DNA of 64,000 nt, taken from Atractiella rhizophila (taxonomy: Eukaryota). Below are positions 1 to 11,081 of the stretch, one piece after another. Position 1 is the stretch's first letter, and every line of letters starts with the position of its first letter. The position numbers and the translations under genes are program-made. The stretch is taken from positions 15,866-79,865 of the forward strand of contig MU271190.1 in NCBI GenBank assembly GCA_021432655.1, read 5' to 3'. Under the pieces are notes generated by a model. The model was not told where the DNA came from and did no database searches. It was given only the letters and a program-made list of their open reading frames with translations.

Positions 1-724
1 AAAACCAATCATGAAAAAAGGAGGCGTGCCAGTCCAGATCTCCCATATTCTCAAACAAAGCACGAACACTTTCAATGGATAAGATGAGATATACCTAAAC
101 TTCACATGCCTGGCAATTCATATTTCTCATTTTGTTTGAGGTTTGTGCAGTTTGAAAATCGGAGGGGATGGTACATACGGAGTGGGTGAATAAAGGAGCC
201 AGACGGTGAAAGAGGAAGAGCGAGAGGCAGGGGGAGCTGGGCGAGCAGGGAGCAGCGTAGTGATGGTGTACCCGGGACTCTTACATAGTCTCCGTATCGA
301 GTTCTACCCCAACCAGTTCTATACCTGTCCGGTTCTACCTCTAACCTCTGCCCTAACCTGAGTTCCCACTTCAACCCTTTTTGTACCTTCTTGGCTCTGT
401 CACTAAGTAACTACGCTGAAACTACAGAAGGTTTATAGTGGTAACCCTTTGTTCCTAGCCAGCTCTCTTCTTCAAGAGCATCAATACTGCATCGATATTT
501 CGACTTCTTTGTACCACCGTCACTGCTTTCGGTCACCCTTGCGAAACCATAACGAGCTTTGACAGTACCCGACAGCAGGGAAGTGCGCTCAAGCCTTCAA
601 GCGAGTCTTCATTGTTCCCGAACACTTGTAGGTAGTCATCCAGTCCGAAGGGAAGAGGGAGTGAAGGGTTTTGATGAGATTTGGTTGTCATCAGTTTTGT
701 CCTCCTACCACATTATTCACAACA

Positions 725-2968
725 ATGAGCTCTCGAGCTCCGACTCCTCCACAATCGAGTCTAGCGCCCAGTTCAAATCAACTAAAAGTAACGCCCCGAC
801 GTACCACCAGTCGCTCTAGCTTTCACAGTCAAGCTTCGCAGAGTGACGGGGCGGATGAAGCCAAATTTTCTGCCGCTCGAGAAATGAAGGGACGCTTCGT
901 CTACGTGGATGTCGAGGCGTTCCTGGACTTGCTGCCCCCTGGTCCTGTCATGCCAGAACAAACAGTCCCTCCAACCCTCTCCGACCATGAGAATTTCGAG
1001 CATTATAACCCTTTTGTGAGTGCTCTTTCGTTGTGATGGCTTAGTATTTATGTACATTCTTCTTAGATCGACTATATGTCTTCATTCGTGGGGGATTGGA
1101 AACTAGCGAACACTAGCCAGTCCAACGATGGCCGGTGCTTTGCGCCAGTGTTTGGATCTGATCGTGGTAAACCCGATGTCACTCTTTACGATCCGTCATC
1201 TGAACTCGAGCAGAGTGAGGGTACCAAAGGTTACAAGGCCGACATGGCAAGGGCAGAATTGTTTGGGGAATTCAAAGTCAAAAAGGAATGCGATCCTTTC
1301 GAAGACACAGTCGACCTGGGAACCGGCGCCGAAGGCATCGTAGAGACGGAAAGCTTGACAGGACAGAAGACACGAGGCCAGATCATTATCTACAGCACGA
1401 TGGTTCTATCAACTCAGCAACGAACTCGTGTTTTCTCGTTTTACGTGCGAGGTCACAACGCGCGATTGATCTGCCACTCACGGACTGGGTTTCAAGTTAC
1501 GCGGTCTTTCGATTACTCGAAGGATCCCTACCTTCAAGAGTTCTTCTGGAGATATACGAACGCCAGCCGAGACGACCGTGGTCATGATCCGACCTTTGTC
1601 TTAGCACAAGACAATCAACTATCTCATCGTGCTCGGGAGGTTCTGAAGCTTAGCGCGAATGAACCGCTCTTCAGGGTATCAGTCGGTATGACCGATGCGG
1701 AAACTCGACACTTCTACGTTTCGACCCCGTTTACATACCGGCATAACGTCCCAGTCGGTCGTGGCACGAGATGCTTTCGAGCATTTGATCCAAATGGAGA
1801 CACCGACGAAGAACAGCGCGTTTTCTTGAAAGATACGTGGCGTAATGTGGGATACGCTAAGGCGGAAGGAGAAATTTACGAGCTGTTAAAAGCGAAAGGA
1901 GTGCCTCATGTTCTGAAACCCGTCGCTCACGGTGATGTCCCTGGAATGCTGCAACTCGCATCTACAGGGGAGAAATCTCTCCGTCACTATCGATTGGTTT
2001 TGGACAAGGTCGTCCGTCCTCTGTGGGAGTTCCCATCCACGAAATGCTTGGTTCAGACTTTGGCTGATGCTCTCGAAGGTATGTAAATTTTCTTGACAAC
2101 ACCAAGCTCTTATCCATCCACCCACTTTAGCTCATCAGAAAGCCTTCGATTCCTCCAATGGCCAGGCTTCGATCCTTCATAGAGATATATCTGAAGGTAA
2201 CATTCTTTTCGACGACAACGGACGCGGTTTCCTTGGTGATTGGGAGTTGGCTATGGTGGGGGAGGACACGTCTGAGGCGAATGAACGAACTGCAAGTGTT
2301 GTTGTTCAGTCCGAATGCCATTAGTGACGGCTTGACAGGGAACAGAGGAGTTTATGTCTCTGCGTCTCCTAGAGAGCATGGTGCATGATTCGCCGATACA
2401 GCATGAAGTACAGGACGACGTGGAGTCAATCATCTATGTTCTCTTGTGGACCGCAGCCTCGTATGCGCCTAGCACCATGACCCCCGACGAACGCGGACGA
2501 TTCCTCTCAAATTTTGACAGAGTGCCACTCTCCGAACTTTCTGCATCGGTCGAGGCACGAAAAATGGTGATCGGATCGCAAAGGACTGTTGACGGGCTCA
2601 AGATGACGACTGCGCCAGCATTCAAGAAAGTGCTTGAGAAAGTCCTGGGTGCTTTGAGGCAGACTGTTCTAGGTCTGACAGATGCGGAGAAGGAGCTAAT
2701 CAGGCTAAAAATACAGCTGGCAAATAAGGAGGGACCATTCGAATTGGAGAGTTTAGCTGAAGTAGAGGAGACGAAGTTACGACATCAAATGGTCACGCAT
2801 GATCGTGTACTGGAATTGTTGAACAGTTCACTGATATCGGGAGACTGGGGAGATCAGAAGGATAAGGGCATTCTTCATGAGGCAAGGGGGAAGAGAGGGA
2901 CAACAAAAAAGAGGAAAGGGGATAAAGCGGTCTCCAGTCGAGCTTCTAAAAAATCTAAAGGCCCTTGA
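725..2968 (+). CDS. Fungal-type protein kinase (FunK1/Pkinase_fungal) with N-terminal PD-(D/E)xK-like segment; 4 exons
   Basis: Introns 1016-1066 (GTGAGT..TAG), 2079-2130 (GTATGT..TAG) and 2292-2338 (GCAAGT..CAG) join one frame. Motifs: KPDV..GEFK, RGQ..Y, GRGTR, FLKDTWR, ILHRDISEGNI, GFLGDWELA, RTGT.EFMS, HEVQDDVES. Confidence 0.9.
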
Positions 2969-3468
2969 GTGACTACCAAACTGTATTATCCTTGTTCAAT
3001 AACTGAATGAAATTGTTTTGGCGTCGTTTACACTTGAGGCTTTGGATTTGAGGCTAAACAGTCATTCCTCAGGCAAGAGTGCGGGCGAAAGGTGCCGTTA
3101 TTACATCGTTTCGGGATCATCCAGTCACGGTACCTTTAGGGATGAGAGGAACAGGATCTCAACATCAGAAAAACCACAACCCTACGGTGCCTACGATAGA
3201 ATTTCCCATAAGAAGCTCCTATTGGTCCTAATGACGATAGGCGTACTTACTCCAGATGAAGTTGCTTCTCTGGTTGTTTCTTTGTTCCGCATTCTATGTT
3301 CTATTCAAGTCAACCAGAGAAAATGCAGCAGCATTCCCCTGCAGGTACATCCTCCATTTGGGTCGGAGGTCTTGTAGCTGATGCATGGGATAGATCTCAA
3401 ACGCCCACACCCAGGATCCTCTCCAGCAATAGGAGGAAACATGCCGCTGCCACCCGACAATGTTGAAA

Positions 3469-3584
3469 CTGAGGTTCATCAGAGTGACAGAACGAAGAAA
3501 AGATCAGCATTGCATGAACGTTGGTGAGGAGTCACCTACCTGAGGTTCATCAGAGTGACAGAACGAAGAAAAGATGAACCTCAG
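3469..3584 (-). other. Hairpin-exon / duplicated-3'-end intron module, instance 1
   Basis: 36-nt perfect direct repeat at 3469-3504 and 3540-3575. 12-bp perfect inverted repeat at 3540-3551 and 3573-3584. On the minus strand, 3539-3469 reads GTAGGT...CAG (71 nt). Confidence 0.7.
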
Positions 3585-3759
3585 ATAGCTGAAAAACAGA
3601 CTAAACTACGGGAGCGGGCGGAACTGACACCAGATGTGATAGCCAGCTCAAAAGGGCAGAAAGAAAGTAAAAGTCAAAAACGTAATAACTTCAACAGACA
3701 ACACTTCCCAGTTTCTCGCCCCAGTTCGACCTCCACTACCAACCACCTCCCAGGCGGAC

Positions 3760-5602
3760 ATGATGAGAGCTCTCAATGCGGTCCTGCTGCGGCCTTCCCT
3801 ACTTTCGAACACGTGTGGGAACGTTTACGGTGCGGAAATCCGAATGGGACAGCCGCTCAATCAGAGAAATCGTCCCTTCCTGTTGCATCGCTGGACCGGT
3901 CAGCTTATCTTGTCCCTTCCCGGGCAGAAGAACGTCTCGACATTGCATGTTACAGCACCGTCTCTCGATGGCGTGGGTCCAGCTTATGACGTGCAAGTCG
4001 TATATCTGTCATAGCTACACAATGATATGCTAACTCCAAGATTGTCTAGGGCTGAAATACCGTGGGGTTCCGGGCCGCTCTTTCAAACATTCATACTCCC
4101 CAGTAAAATAGCCTACCTGATACGTTGGTGGGGCAACTACTCAGTACCAGTGCTGGCACTCTCGCCATCGGAAGGACCCGGTGTGCCTGCCGATAATGAA
4201 ACTGCTTTCAACAACTTGATTCAATTCCTAAAGTCACCAGGTCGCGTCATGTTGTTTCAGTTCAAAAACTTAGGGCTGCTCAATGGCCTCCTGCTCTGCA
4301 ATTTAGGATCGAACGCCTCATCCGTTCGAGCCCTCGCCTTCGCTTTCCACAAGCAACCCCTCCCTATCAAACTAGTGCCTCACGAACTGAGGCTTAGAAC
4401 TTCCGCAGCCATGCAACCGAAACCAACGTTGTCCAATCCCCCCTTTGCAATACATGTATGGTCACGGAACAATTCTCAGCTAGGTATACACAAGCTGCAC
4501 CGCAGTTCATGAAGGGGCCCGTCCCTGCGTACGAACCAACGGCTCTGTTGGCTACCATACCATCAACTGGTGCGGTAAAGTCTCAGTTGGCGCATGTCAA
4601 CATCATCACCACGTCGGATTCAAGTTGCAGTGGATCATTTCAGCTCTCCATTCTCCCTCGGTCCTATCTCGCATTCCCCTGTCAATGCACAAGTTCCGTG
4701 TCACTTTTGTCCTCCTTCCTTCTATGCCTGCGGATTTTTTTAGAGAATTTGTCCTCCAAATTGTCGTATTTCTCGATCGAATGTCTAGAAAATGGAGTTG
4801 AAAACAATGGTGTAGCGGATCTTCACATCATTTTTGACATCACCTTCAACTTGGACAATGGCCCATTGGCGATGTATTGTTTTACACCTGTTTTGGACAG
4901 TCCACCTGCGGCCAGTGAGGTTTTCACTCGCGAGTTTTCTCTCCTTCCAGAAGATCGCTCACTGGCCATCTTCACCCCTGTCGCCTCGCCTTGTTCTGCG
5001 AAGATAAACGGTGTTTCGTTTCTATCACTCCTGAAGACTCATATTCCCCCCCAAGTCCCATCCTTCAGTCAATGGTCCGCAAACATTATCCAACTCTCGA
5101 TCGTTCCACCTGCTCTGCTGAGGCTTGCTTTATCTCCCTACTACCCATCGAACTCCTTTCTCGCATCTTCGATTGCCTAAACAACGGCAAAATATTGATA
5201 TGGGATAGGAAGCAATATAAAAACTATAACGCGACAGCTTTCCATGACGTTTGCAAGCTCTGAAGGACTGTTTCAATTCCGTATTGGGCTGAACCTTATT
5301 GCGTGAAGAAGAAACATGCTCTCTTGAAACTCTATCCTGATGCTGGTCGTCTATGGACAAGGCTGTGCTTTCAGCTAAATATCAGTGTTGCTACGACGAA
5401 GGAGATCATCATGGGCTCACCAAACATTACGACCCTTGTGCTTAGTGCTTGTTGGTATGGAGAGGAGGCGAAGGTCGTGTTGAATGTAATTAAAGGCTTG
5501 AGTCGGTTGGACGATATCCGCTTTGACGGGAAAGGTGGGAGAAGGTGGAGAAGGGACGAGGTTGAAGACTTTATGAGGACGATGAGTGGGAGGATCAGGG
5601 AA
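3760..5602 (+). pseudogene. Degraded F-box-like gene (paralogue of 8522-10051), truncated at the 3' end
   Basis: CFISLLPIELLSRIFDCL F-box-like motif. CKL*RTVSIPYW has TGA at 5261-5263 where the paralogue has W (CQLWKAVSVPY). YPDAGRLW and EEAKVVL match the paralogue. Frames are broken upstream and similarity stops near 5600. The 5' limit is uncertain. Confidence 0.7.
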
Positions 5603-5636
5603 GACAGATTGGCGTCTCGTTGTGAGTGCGCATTGG

Positions 5637-6341
5637 TAGGGCTTTGCACCGTCACCGTCAAGACGGGTGACGGGTCCGGGACGGACGGCATTTTTGGTCA
5701 CTCGTCCCGTCACCGTCACAACAACTTTGATTTTTTGACGACGGACGGTATAAACGGACGGGTGCTACCCGTCCGTCAGCCCTCTCATGCGCTTCCATGA
5801 CGGGTCAGACGGGAACAAGGGGTGTTATATATGAATTTTAAGTTTTAAACCTGTTTTACCGGTTTTTTGCTTGTTTTGCTGCCAGCTTTTCGTAATTTCA
5901 TATTTTCTTGTTTTTCTTGTTTGCAGCAGAGCAAACATTCCTTTGCATGGCCCGAAACGGCCAGAAAGGGACTTCCGGGCCAGTACAAACCTAACCTTAT
6001 GTGGGCCGGCTGCGTGCGGGCCATAGCCGGCTCAACCAAATCACCTTTCCGCCCAGGCAAACTGGCCTAGTCTTGCCAGCATTAGTAGTTAGCGGCTAGA
6101 ATATGGCATGAATGAGATATTCCGGTGGTGCCGGACAGAATAAAGAACATTTTGTTGAACACCCGTGTTCACCGTCAAAACCCGTCCGTCGGCACCCCGT
6201 TTCTTGCCGTCGCATTCCCGTCACCGTCAGACAGTCCCCGTGTTCAGTACCTTCAGCGACGGTGCGGTGACGGGACGGGGTCACCCGTCCCGTCGCCGTC
6301 TCAGGCACAAAAATCGACGGACGGGACGGTACAAAGCCCTA
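5637..6341. mobile_element. Non-autonomous hAT-superfamily DNA transposon (MITE, 705 bp)
   Basis: 17-bp TIRs TAGGGCTTTGCACCGTC / GACGGTACAAAGCCCTA (1 mismatch). Perfect 8-bp TSD CGCATTGG at 5629-5636 and 6342-6349. Many subterminal GACGG/CCGTC motifs. No transposase ORF. Confidence 0.9.
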
Positions 6342-7628
6342 CGCATTGGGAACGCGGCGCGGTCTGAATTTGACCTGAAAAGCGAAAGCGAACGAGTTTT
6401 CGGTTAGTCCTCCTCCGAAGCGACGAACATCTCACACCACTGCGCCTCACCCTCGCGCTGGTTCTCTCGCTCTTGCCACCCATCATCCTTCGTTCCTCCA
6501 GTAACCTCTATGCCCTCCGAATTGAACGCCAAGGCCAAGTTGAAAGTCGAATCGCGAAAGCAGAGAACGGAAGTGACACAGCAGGTCGGGCATTGCGATG
6601 GACATGGGAGAGGGATGGGATGCTTTCTCTAACCTACCGCTACCTCTCGTTTCACCTCGCTCTCCAACATCACTCAAACTAGTTTCCACCGTCCCTCACC
6701 TTTGTTTCGTCCTAGACATCCGAAATCAACCACGAAGCGTAGTGGTGGGTTGTGATGGCCAAAAAACTGGATTGCGGCGCAGATGGGGTGAAAAAGAGGA
6801 GAAAGACGTCGCGTCCCACCCATTCGCCCATCCCCAGTCGTGCCCCGTCTTTCGCCCACGCGCCTATTCTCTTCGCTGTCCACATTGCATAGGCAACGCA
6901 TTCCCACTCCACCATCGCTCTTCTATCTTCTCTCGCATATTGGTAATCTAAAATCGACCCATAGAGCGACGGGCACATCAAATGACAAAAAATGTGGACA
7001 GAGCGAACGAGTTCGGCTGATGATCGCAGAAGGACGGGAGAATGACCGTCCAGCGTCTCTCCCGCTCCTTTTCCACCTACCATCTCCTTTTGCCTCATTT
7101 ACCCTCTCGCTCCACCTCGCATCCCTCTCCGCCAAGGTTCATCCTTCATTTCTAATCCCCCCAACCCCTCCACCTTTTTGCACGTTCTGACCTCGTTGCG
7201 GCATTCCATTCTGGTGGCAGTGTATTCCGTTTCTCCCTTCCTCTCTCCCTGCTACAAGTGTCTTAACTGACATGCCCACTAGGTCCCTTGCTCCGCGGCT
7301 CCATTTTCTGCTTCACTTACTCCACCTCCCCTCACACTCCACCACCTCTCACCCCTCCACCAGGTCCGTGAAAGCGCGGAAGTCCAACGTGGACTGAAGA
7401 TTGGAAGTTGGATACCGAAGGGGGAGGCAGGAGTTCCACTCTGTCTCACACTCCGTTGATCACCTTCGACCGACGCTTGCTTCGTGACATCGAGGTCGAC
7501 GATGTAACGGCTCATCGAGAAAGAGGAGCGCTAGGTGGACTGTTTAGTCAAGGACCACAACAAACAGTGCCACCCGAAGTAGTGAAAATGTACAATTAGG
7601 AATCCAATCAGCAGGTAACCAATGACAG

Positions 7629-7748
7629 GCCAATATTACCACCTAAATAATTTTTAATTAAAACTAAAATATCTTTAGTTTTTTGATCAACTTGATAATT
7701 TAATCTAACCTCTATTCTGTTAATGCTTCTTTGTAATAATTTAATTTG
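7629..7748 (-). pseudogene. NUMT: fragment of a mitochondrial LAGLIDADG homing-endonuclease ORF
   Basis: Abrupt AT-rich patch. Minus strand reads QIKLLQRSINRIEVRLNYQVDQKTKDILVLIKNYLGGNIG with TTA/ATT-rich codons, like fungal mitochondrial intron LAGLIDADG ORFs. Confidence 0.75.
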
Positions 7749-8521
7749 ACCGTAAACAATGGAAGATCACAACAATTGAGAAAAAAGAGTAATCCTATTT
7801 CTAAAAAGTATAGCCGGGCCTTCCCTCCTGACTCGAACATCAACGATGTTCTCGCTGAGATGCAAGCGAGCTCCTCTACCACCTCCGCCAGCCTGATTGC
7901 CGACCACCCACCATAGTTTCCCAGGCTTATGTAGCCTTGCCTATCGCATTCGGATCATCACGGAACGAAACATCATTACCAGAGCGTAGTGCTCTAGCTC
8001 TCGTTTGAAAGTGTAATTTAGGTACTAATATTGCAAAGTATTCAGTTCATTTGCACATTTCCTGTGGCAATATGAGGTAGTCAAGTGCCCGAGACCTAAA
8101 GCCTTCAACGTCCGGACGCCCACTTCCACCAACACCATCCTAACGTGAATCTGTCCTAATTGCAACAGTCGTCTGATCCACCAGTTCCACGAACAGTTTT
8201 GCCATCTCCATCCTCACGATCGTGATGTTTGATCATTACTCGGAGAATGTCGAGATGGTTGGACAACGCGCGGATGCGCTACAGGCATGATATGATCTTT
8301 TCTCTTCTCTTTGTCCGTTTAACATGAATTCGTGGTCTTAGTCCAGCATGTTTTCTTCCAGAATGAAAAAAAGAAGAACATTGATTTCACAGGAGGATGA
8401 TCAGGGAACAGAGTCAATCGCACGGGTCCATCTCATCACCCCAGTATTCCTACGACATGGCAGTCTGCTACATCTATCCATTCTTCCCTCTTTCCTTTCT
8501 CGCCTACCTCCATCAATTCAC

Positions 8522-10051
8522 ATGCTCCGGATATTTGTTGAATTCTGGAGCGATTATTATGGGCCATCGAAATCATCCTACTTCTCTCTGGCAGGTCTCG
8601 AAAATGAAATCGAACCCGACGGTACAGTGATTCTTTGTGTCGCGGAGGAGGAGGAAAGTATTGCAGTGACTTTTAGGGATGCCAATTATCTTGCATATGT
8701 GGATATGGATGACCTGGTGCTGTCCTTCACATGCACGTTTCACCTTCCAGATAATCGCTCTGAGGCCATCTTCGAACCTATCGCCCTATACTGCGAGGAG
8801 GAGGAACAGTGTTTCATTCCTCTCAGCGAATGGGAGGAATCAACCATCCCATCCACCAGTCTGGGGAGAACCATCCAACTCTCCCTCTCCACAACTCGAC
8901 CTACAGGTATTAGTACATGCAGTATCACACACCTTCCTACTGAGATCCTCTCACTCATCTTCAAGTTTCTTTCATTTGATGAAGATAACTATCTCGTTTC
9001 CTTCAAGCGACTTTCTGCTGTCTGTCAGCTTTGGAAGGCTGTTTCAGTCCCTTATCTGAATGAATATGTTTCTGTAAAGGAGAAGCATGCTCGTTTGACA
9101 GCTTATCCTAATGCCGGGCATTTGTGGACATCCCTCCGGTTTATGAAACAGCTTGACTATGACGTCAGCGTTGAGATGGTGAAAGACGTCATCGCTGGCT
9201 CGCCGAATGTTAAGGTGATGGAGATGGATGCATTGTGGAATGAAGAAGAGGCGAAGGTTGTGTTGCATGCGATTGAAGGCTTGAGGAAGTTGGATTTCGT
9301 AACCTTTGGAATGGGAGGTTGGAGAAAGTGGAAGAAGAGTGAGGTCCAGAATTTTATGTGGAGGACGGGTAATAGGAGCAGATCCTTCCGTGCTTTCAAA
9401 GTGGAGGACTCTGCCTCGTCGACATCACCAGGCCTTCAATTGTCTTCTGACCTCAAAAGACTAGTGCTTTATGCATACCCGCCTCTCCCATCGCTCTCCC
9501 TCCCAAAGACTCTCAAATATTTGTTTCTCTCCAATCTGTGTCCCCTCCCTCCCTCCGTCTCAGGCTCCTGTCTGCCGCCTCTTCTAGAATATCTCGAGAT
9601 CACACTTGCCCCCTACTCGCCTGCTGGAAAGACCTCCATCCTACCAACTCCGCTCGAGTTATCACACCTCAAACATCTCATTAACCTCTACCTCGACGGT
9701 GGTGAGGAAACTTCCAACCTCGTTTCCCCCCAGTTCTTCCACTCCCTCAGAAATGCAATAGCGATAACAACCATAGATGTTTGGTACTGTGTGGTGGACT
9801 GGGAATTCACAGGGTTCATATTCACAGATTTCATCTGCTGGTTCTTTGGAGACAGGGGGGTGAAGGAGGAGGGAGATACGGCAGATGGAGCTGCAAAGGT
9901 GAAGATGACAAGAGGACGCGAGTTGAGGGTTCAGCTATTCTTTGGAGGGTGGCTTCAGGAAGAGATATGCAAGGCAAGAAGCCTGTTGAGAGAGTTCGGG
10001 GTGAGTGAGGGGAGTAAATGGAAATGGATTCAGGAGGGTGAGGAGGAGTGA
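8522..10051 (+). CDS. F-box-like / LRR-like protein of a lineage-expanded family (ORF open from 8348)
   Basis: Long intact ORF with CSITHLPTEILSLIFKFL...LSAVCQLWKAVS F-box motif followed by LxxLxL-like repeats. Start codon uncertain (8348 or 8522). Confidence 0.75.
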   Translation: MLRIFVEFWSDYYGPSKSSYFSLAGLENEIEPDGTVILCVAEEEESIAVTFRDANYLAYVDMDDLVLSFTCTFHLPDNRSEAIFEPIALYCEEEEQCFIPLSEWEESTIPSTSLGRTIQLSLSTTRPTGISTCSITHLPTEILSLIFKFLSFDEDNYLVSFKRLSAVCQLWKAVSVPYLNEYVSVKEKHARLTAYPNAGHLWTSLRFMKQLDYDVSVEMVKDVIAGSPNVKVMEMDALWNEEEAKVVLHAIEGLRKLDFVTFGMGGWRKWKKSEVQNFMWRTGNRSRSFRAFKVEDSASSTSPGLQLSSDLKRLVLYAYPPLPSLSLPKTLKYLFLSNLCPLPPSVSGSCLPPLLEYLEITLAPYSPAGKTSILPTPLELSHLKHLINLYLDGGEETSNLVSPQFFHSLRNAIAITTIDVWYCVVDWEFTGFIFTDFICWFFGDRGVKEEGDTADGAAKVKMTRGRELRVQLFFGGWLQEEICKARSLLREFGVSEGSKWKWIQEGEEE

Positions 10052-10122
10052 TGCTGGAGATACTCGGATTTCACCAACGGTCCAGGAAGACACAAGAAGA
10101 AGGTGCGCAGTTGTATCCTTCT

Positions 10123-10365
10123 CCCCATCTAACGCACATCCTGTTGATTCTTCATCCTGAAGATCTTATCAGGGACGAGGCAGCCATCGATCGAGTAATT
10201 CAAGCTGAGCTGTGTGATCCGGACAAGGACCCTGTATTGTTTGAATAGTCACCAAACATATGCTACATGGTCCATGCGGCGAACATAATCCACATGCACG
10301 TTGCATGGTTGATGGAAAGTGTGGCAAAGGGTACCCCAAGCCTTTTGTCGAGGAAACAAAAACAA
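10123..10365 (+). mobile_element. Helitron Rep-domain fragment (pseudogenised)
   Basis: PHLTHILLIL...IDRVIQAELCDPDKDPVLFE*VTKHMLHGPCGEHNPHARCMVDGKCGKGYPKPF matches the Helitron HUH Rep region. In-frame TAG at 10246-10248. Confidence 0.85.
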
Positions 10366-10409
10366 TGCAAATGGTTAACCTACTACTATTCCTTCACGAC
10401 GGAACTGTT

Positions 10410-10524
10410 CCTACTAAGGGTACATTAGGGTTCAACCCTGGCTCTTTCAGGAATGAGATCCAGGCTGAATCCTTGCCTCCTGGGCACCTAGGGTACAACC
10501 CTGCCTATGTCAGGAACTGGATCC
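10410..10524 (+). repeat. Partial copy of the 63-bp minisatellite block
   Basis: About 113 bp matching 10742-10855 with a few substitutions. Confidence 0.85.
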
Positions 10525-10617
10525 TAACCCTAACCCTAACCCTAACCCTAACCCTAACCCTAACCCTAACCCTAACCCTAACCCTAACCCTAACCCTAAC
10601 CCTAACCCTAACCCTAA
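10523..10617 (+). repeat. Interstitial telomeric tract (CCCTAA)~16
   Basis: CCTAA followed by 15 perfect CCCTAA units. Confidence 0.97.
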
Positions 10618-10740
10618 AGTACTGGAGGGAAGCCTTAGACGGACGGTGCCTGAGGAAGAGGATCGAGTCCTACATGGATGGGGGCACGGGCGAAGGGTGC
10701 AGAGAGGGCGAAGAGCAGTGCTCGAACTGCGAAGGCATCC
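10618..10740 (+). pseudogene. Fragment of a RecQ-like (telomere-linked helicase) Zn-binding region
   Basis: CLRKRIESYMDGGTGEGCREGEEQCSNC fits the C.R..(I/L)..Y.DG...C....C..C pattern of fungal RecQ/TLH C-termini. It abuts the telomeric tract directly. Confidence 0.65.
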
Positions 10741-11081
10741 CCCTACTAAGGGTACTTTAGGGTTCAACCCTGGCTGTTTCAGGAATGAGATCCAGGCTGA
10801 ATCCTCGCCTCCTGGGCACCTAGGGTACAACCCTGCCTCTGTCAGGAACAGGATCCTGGCTGAATCCTTGCCTCCTGGCTGCCCAGGGTACAACCCTACC
10901 TCTGTTAGGAACAAGATCCTGGCTACATGCTTGCCTCTTAGGCACCCAGGGTATGAACCTGATGCTGTCGGGAACAGGATCCCACCTACATCCTTGCCTC
11001 CTCGCCGCCTAGGGTACAACCCTGCCTATGTCAGGAACAGGATCCTGGCTGAATCCTTGCCTCCTCGCGGCCTAGGGTACA
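10741..11081 (+). repeat. 63-bp minisatellite, ~5.3 units
   Basis: (T/C)AGGGT recurs at 10758, 10821, 10884, 10947, 11010 and 11073. Most units carry the AGGGT-NNN-ACCCT palindrome. Confidence 0.9.

Noticed and set aside
6350..8340. Possible transposon or gene remnants
   Set aside because: Apart from the NUMT, no recognisable motif or termini.
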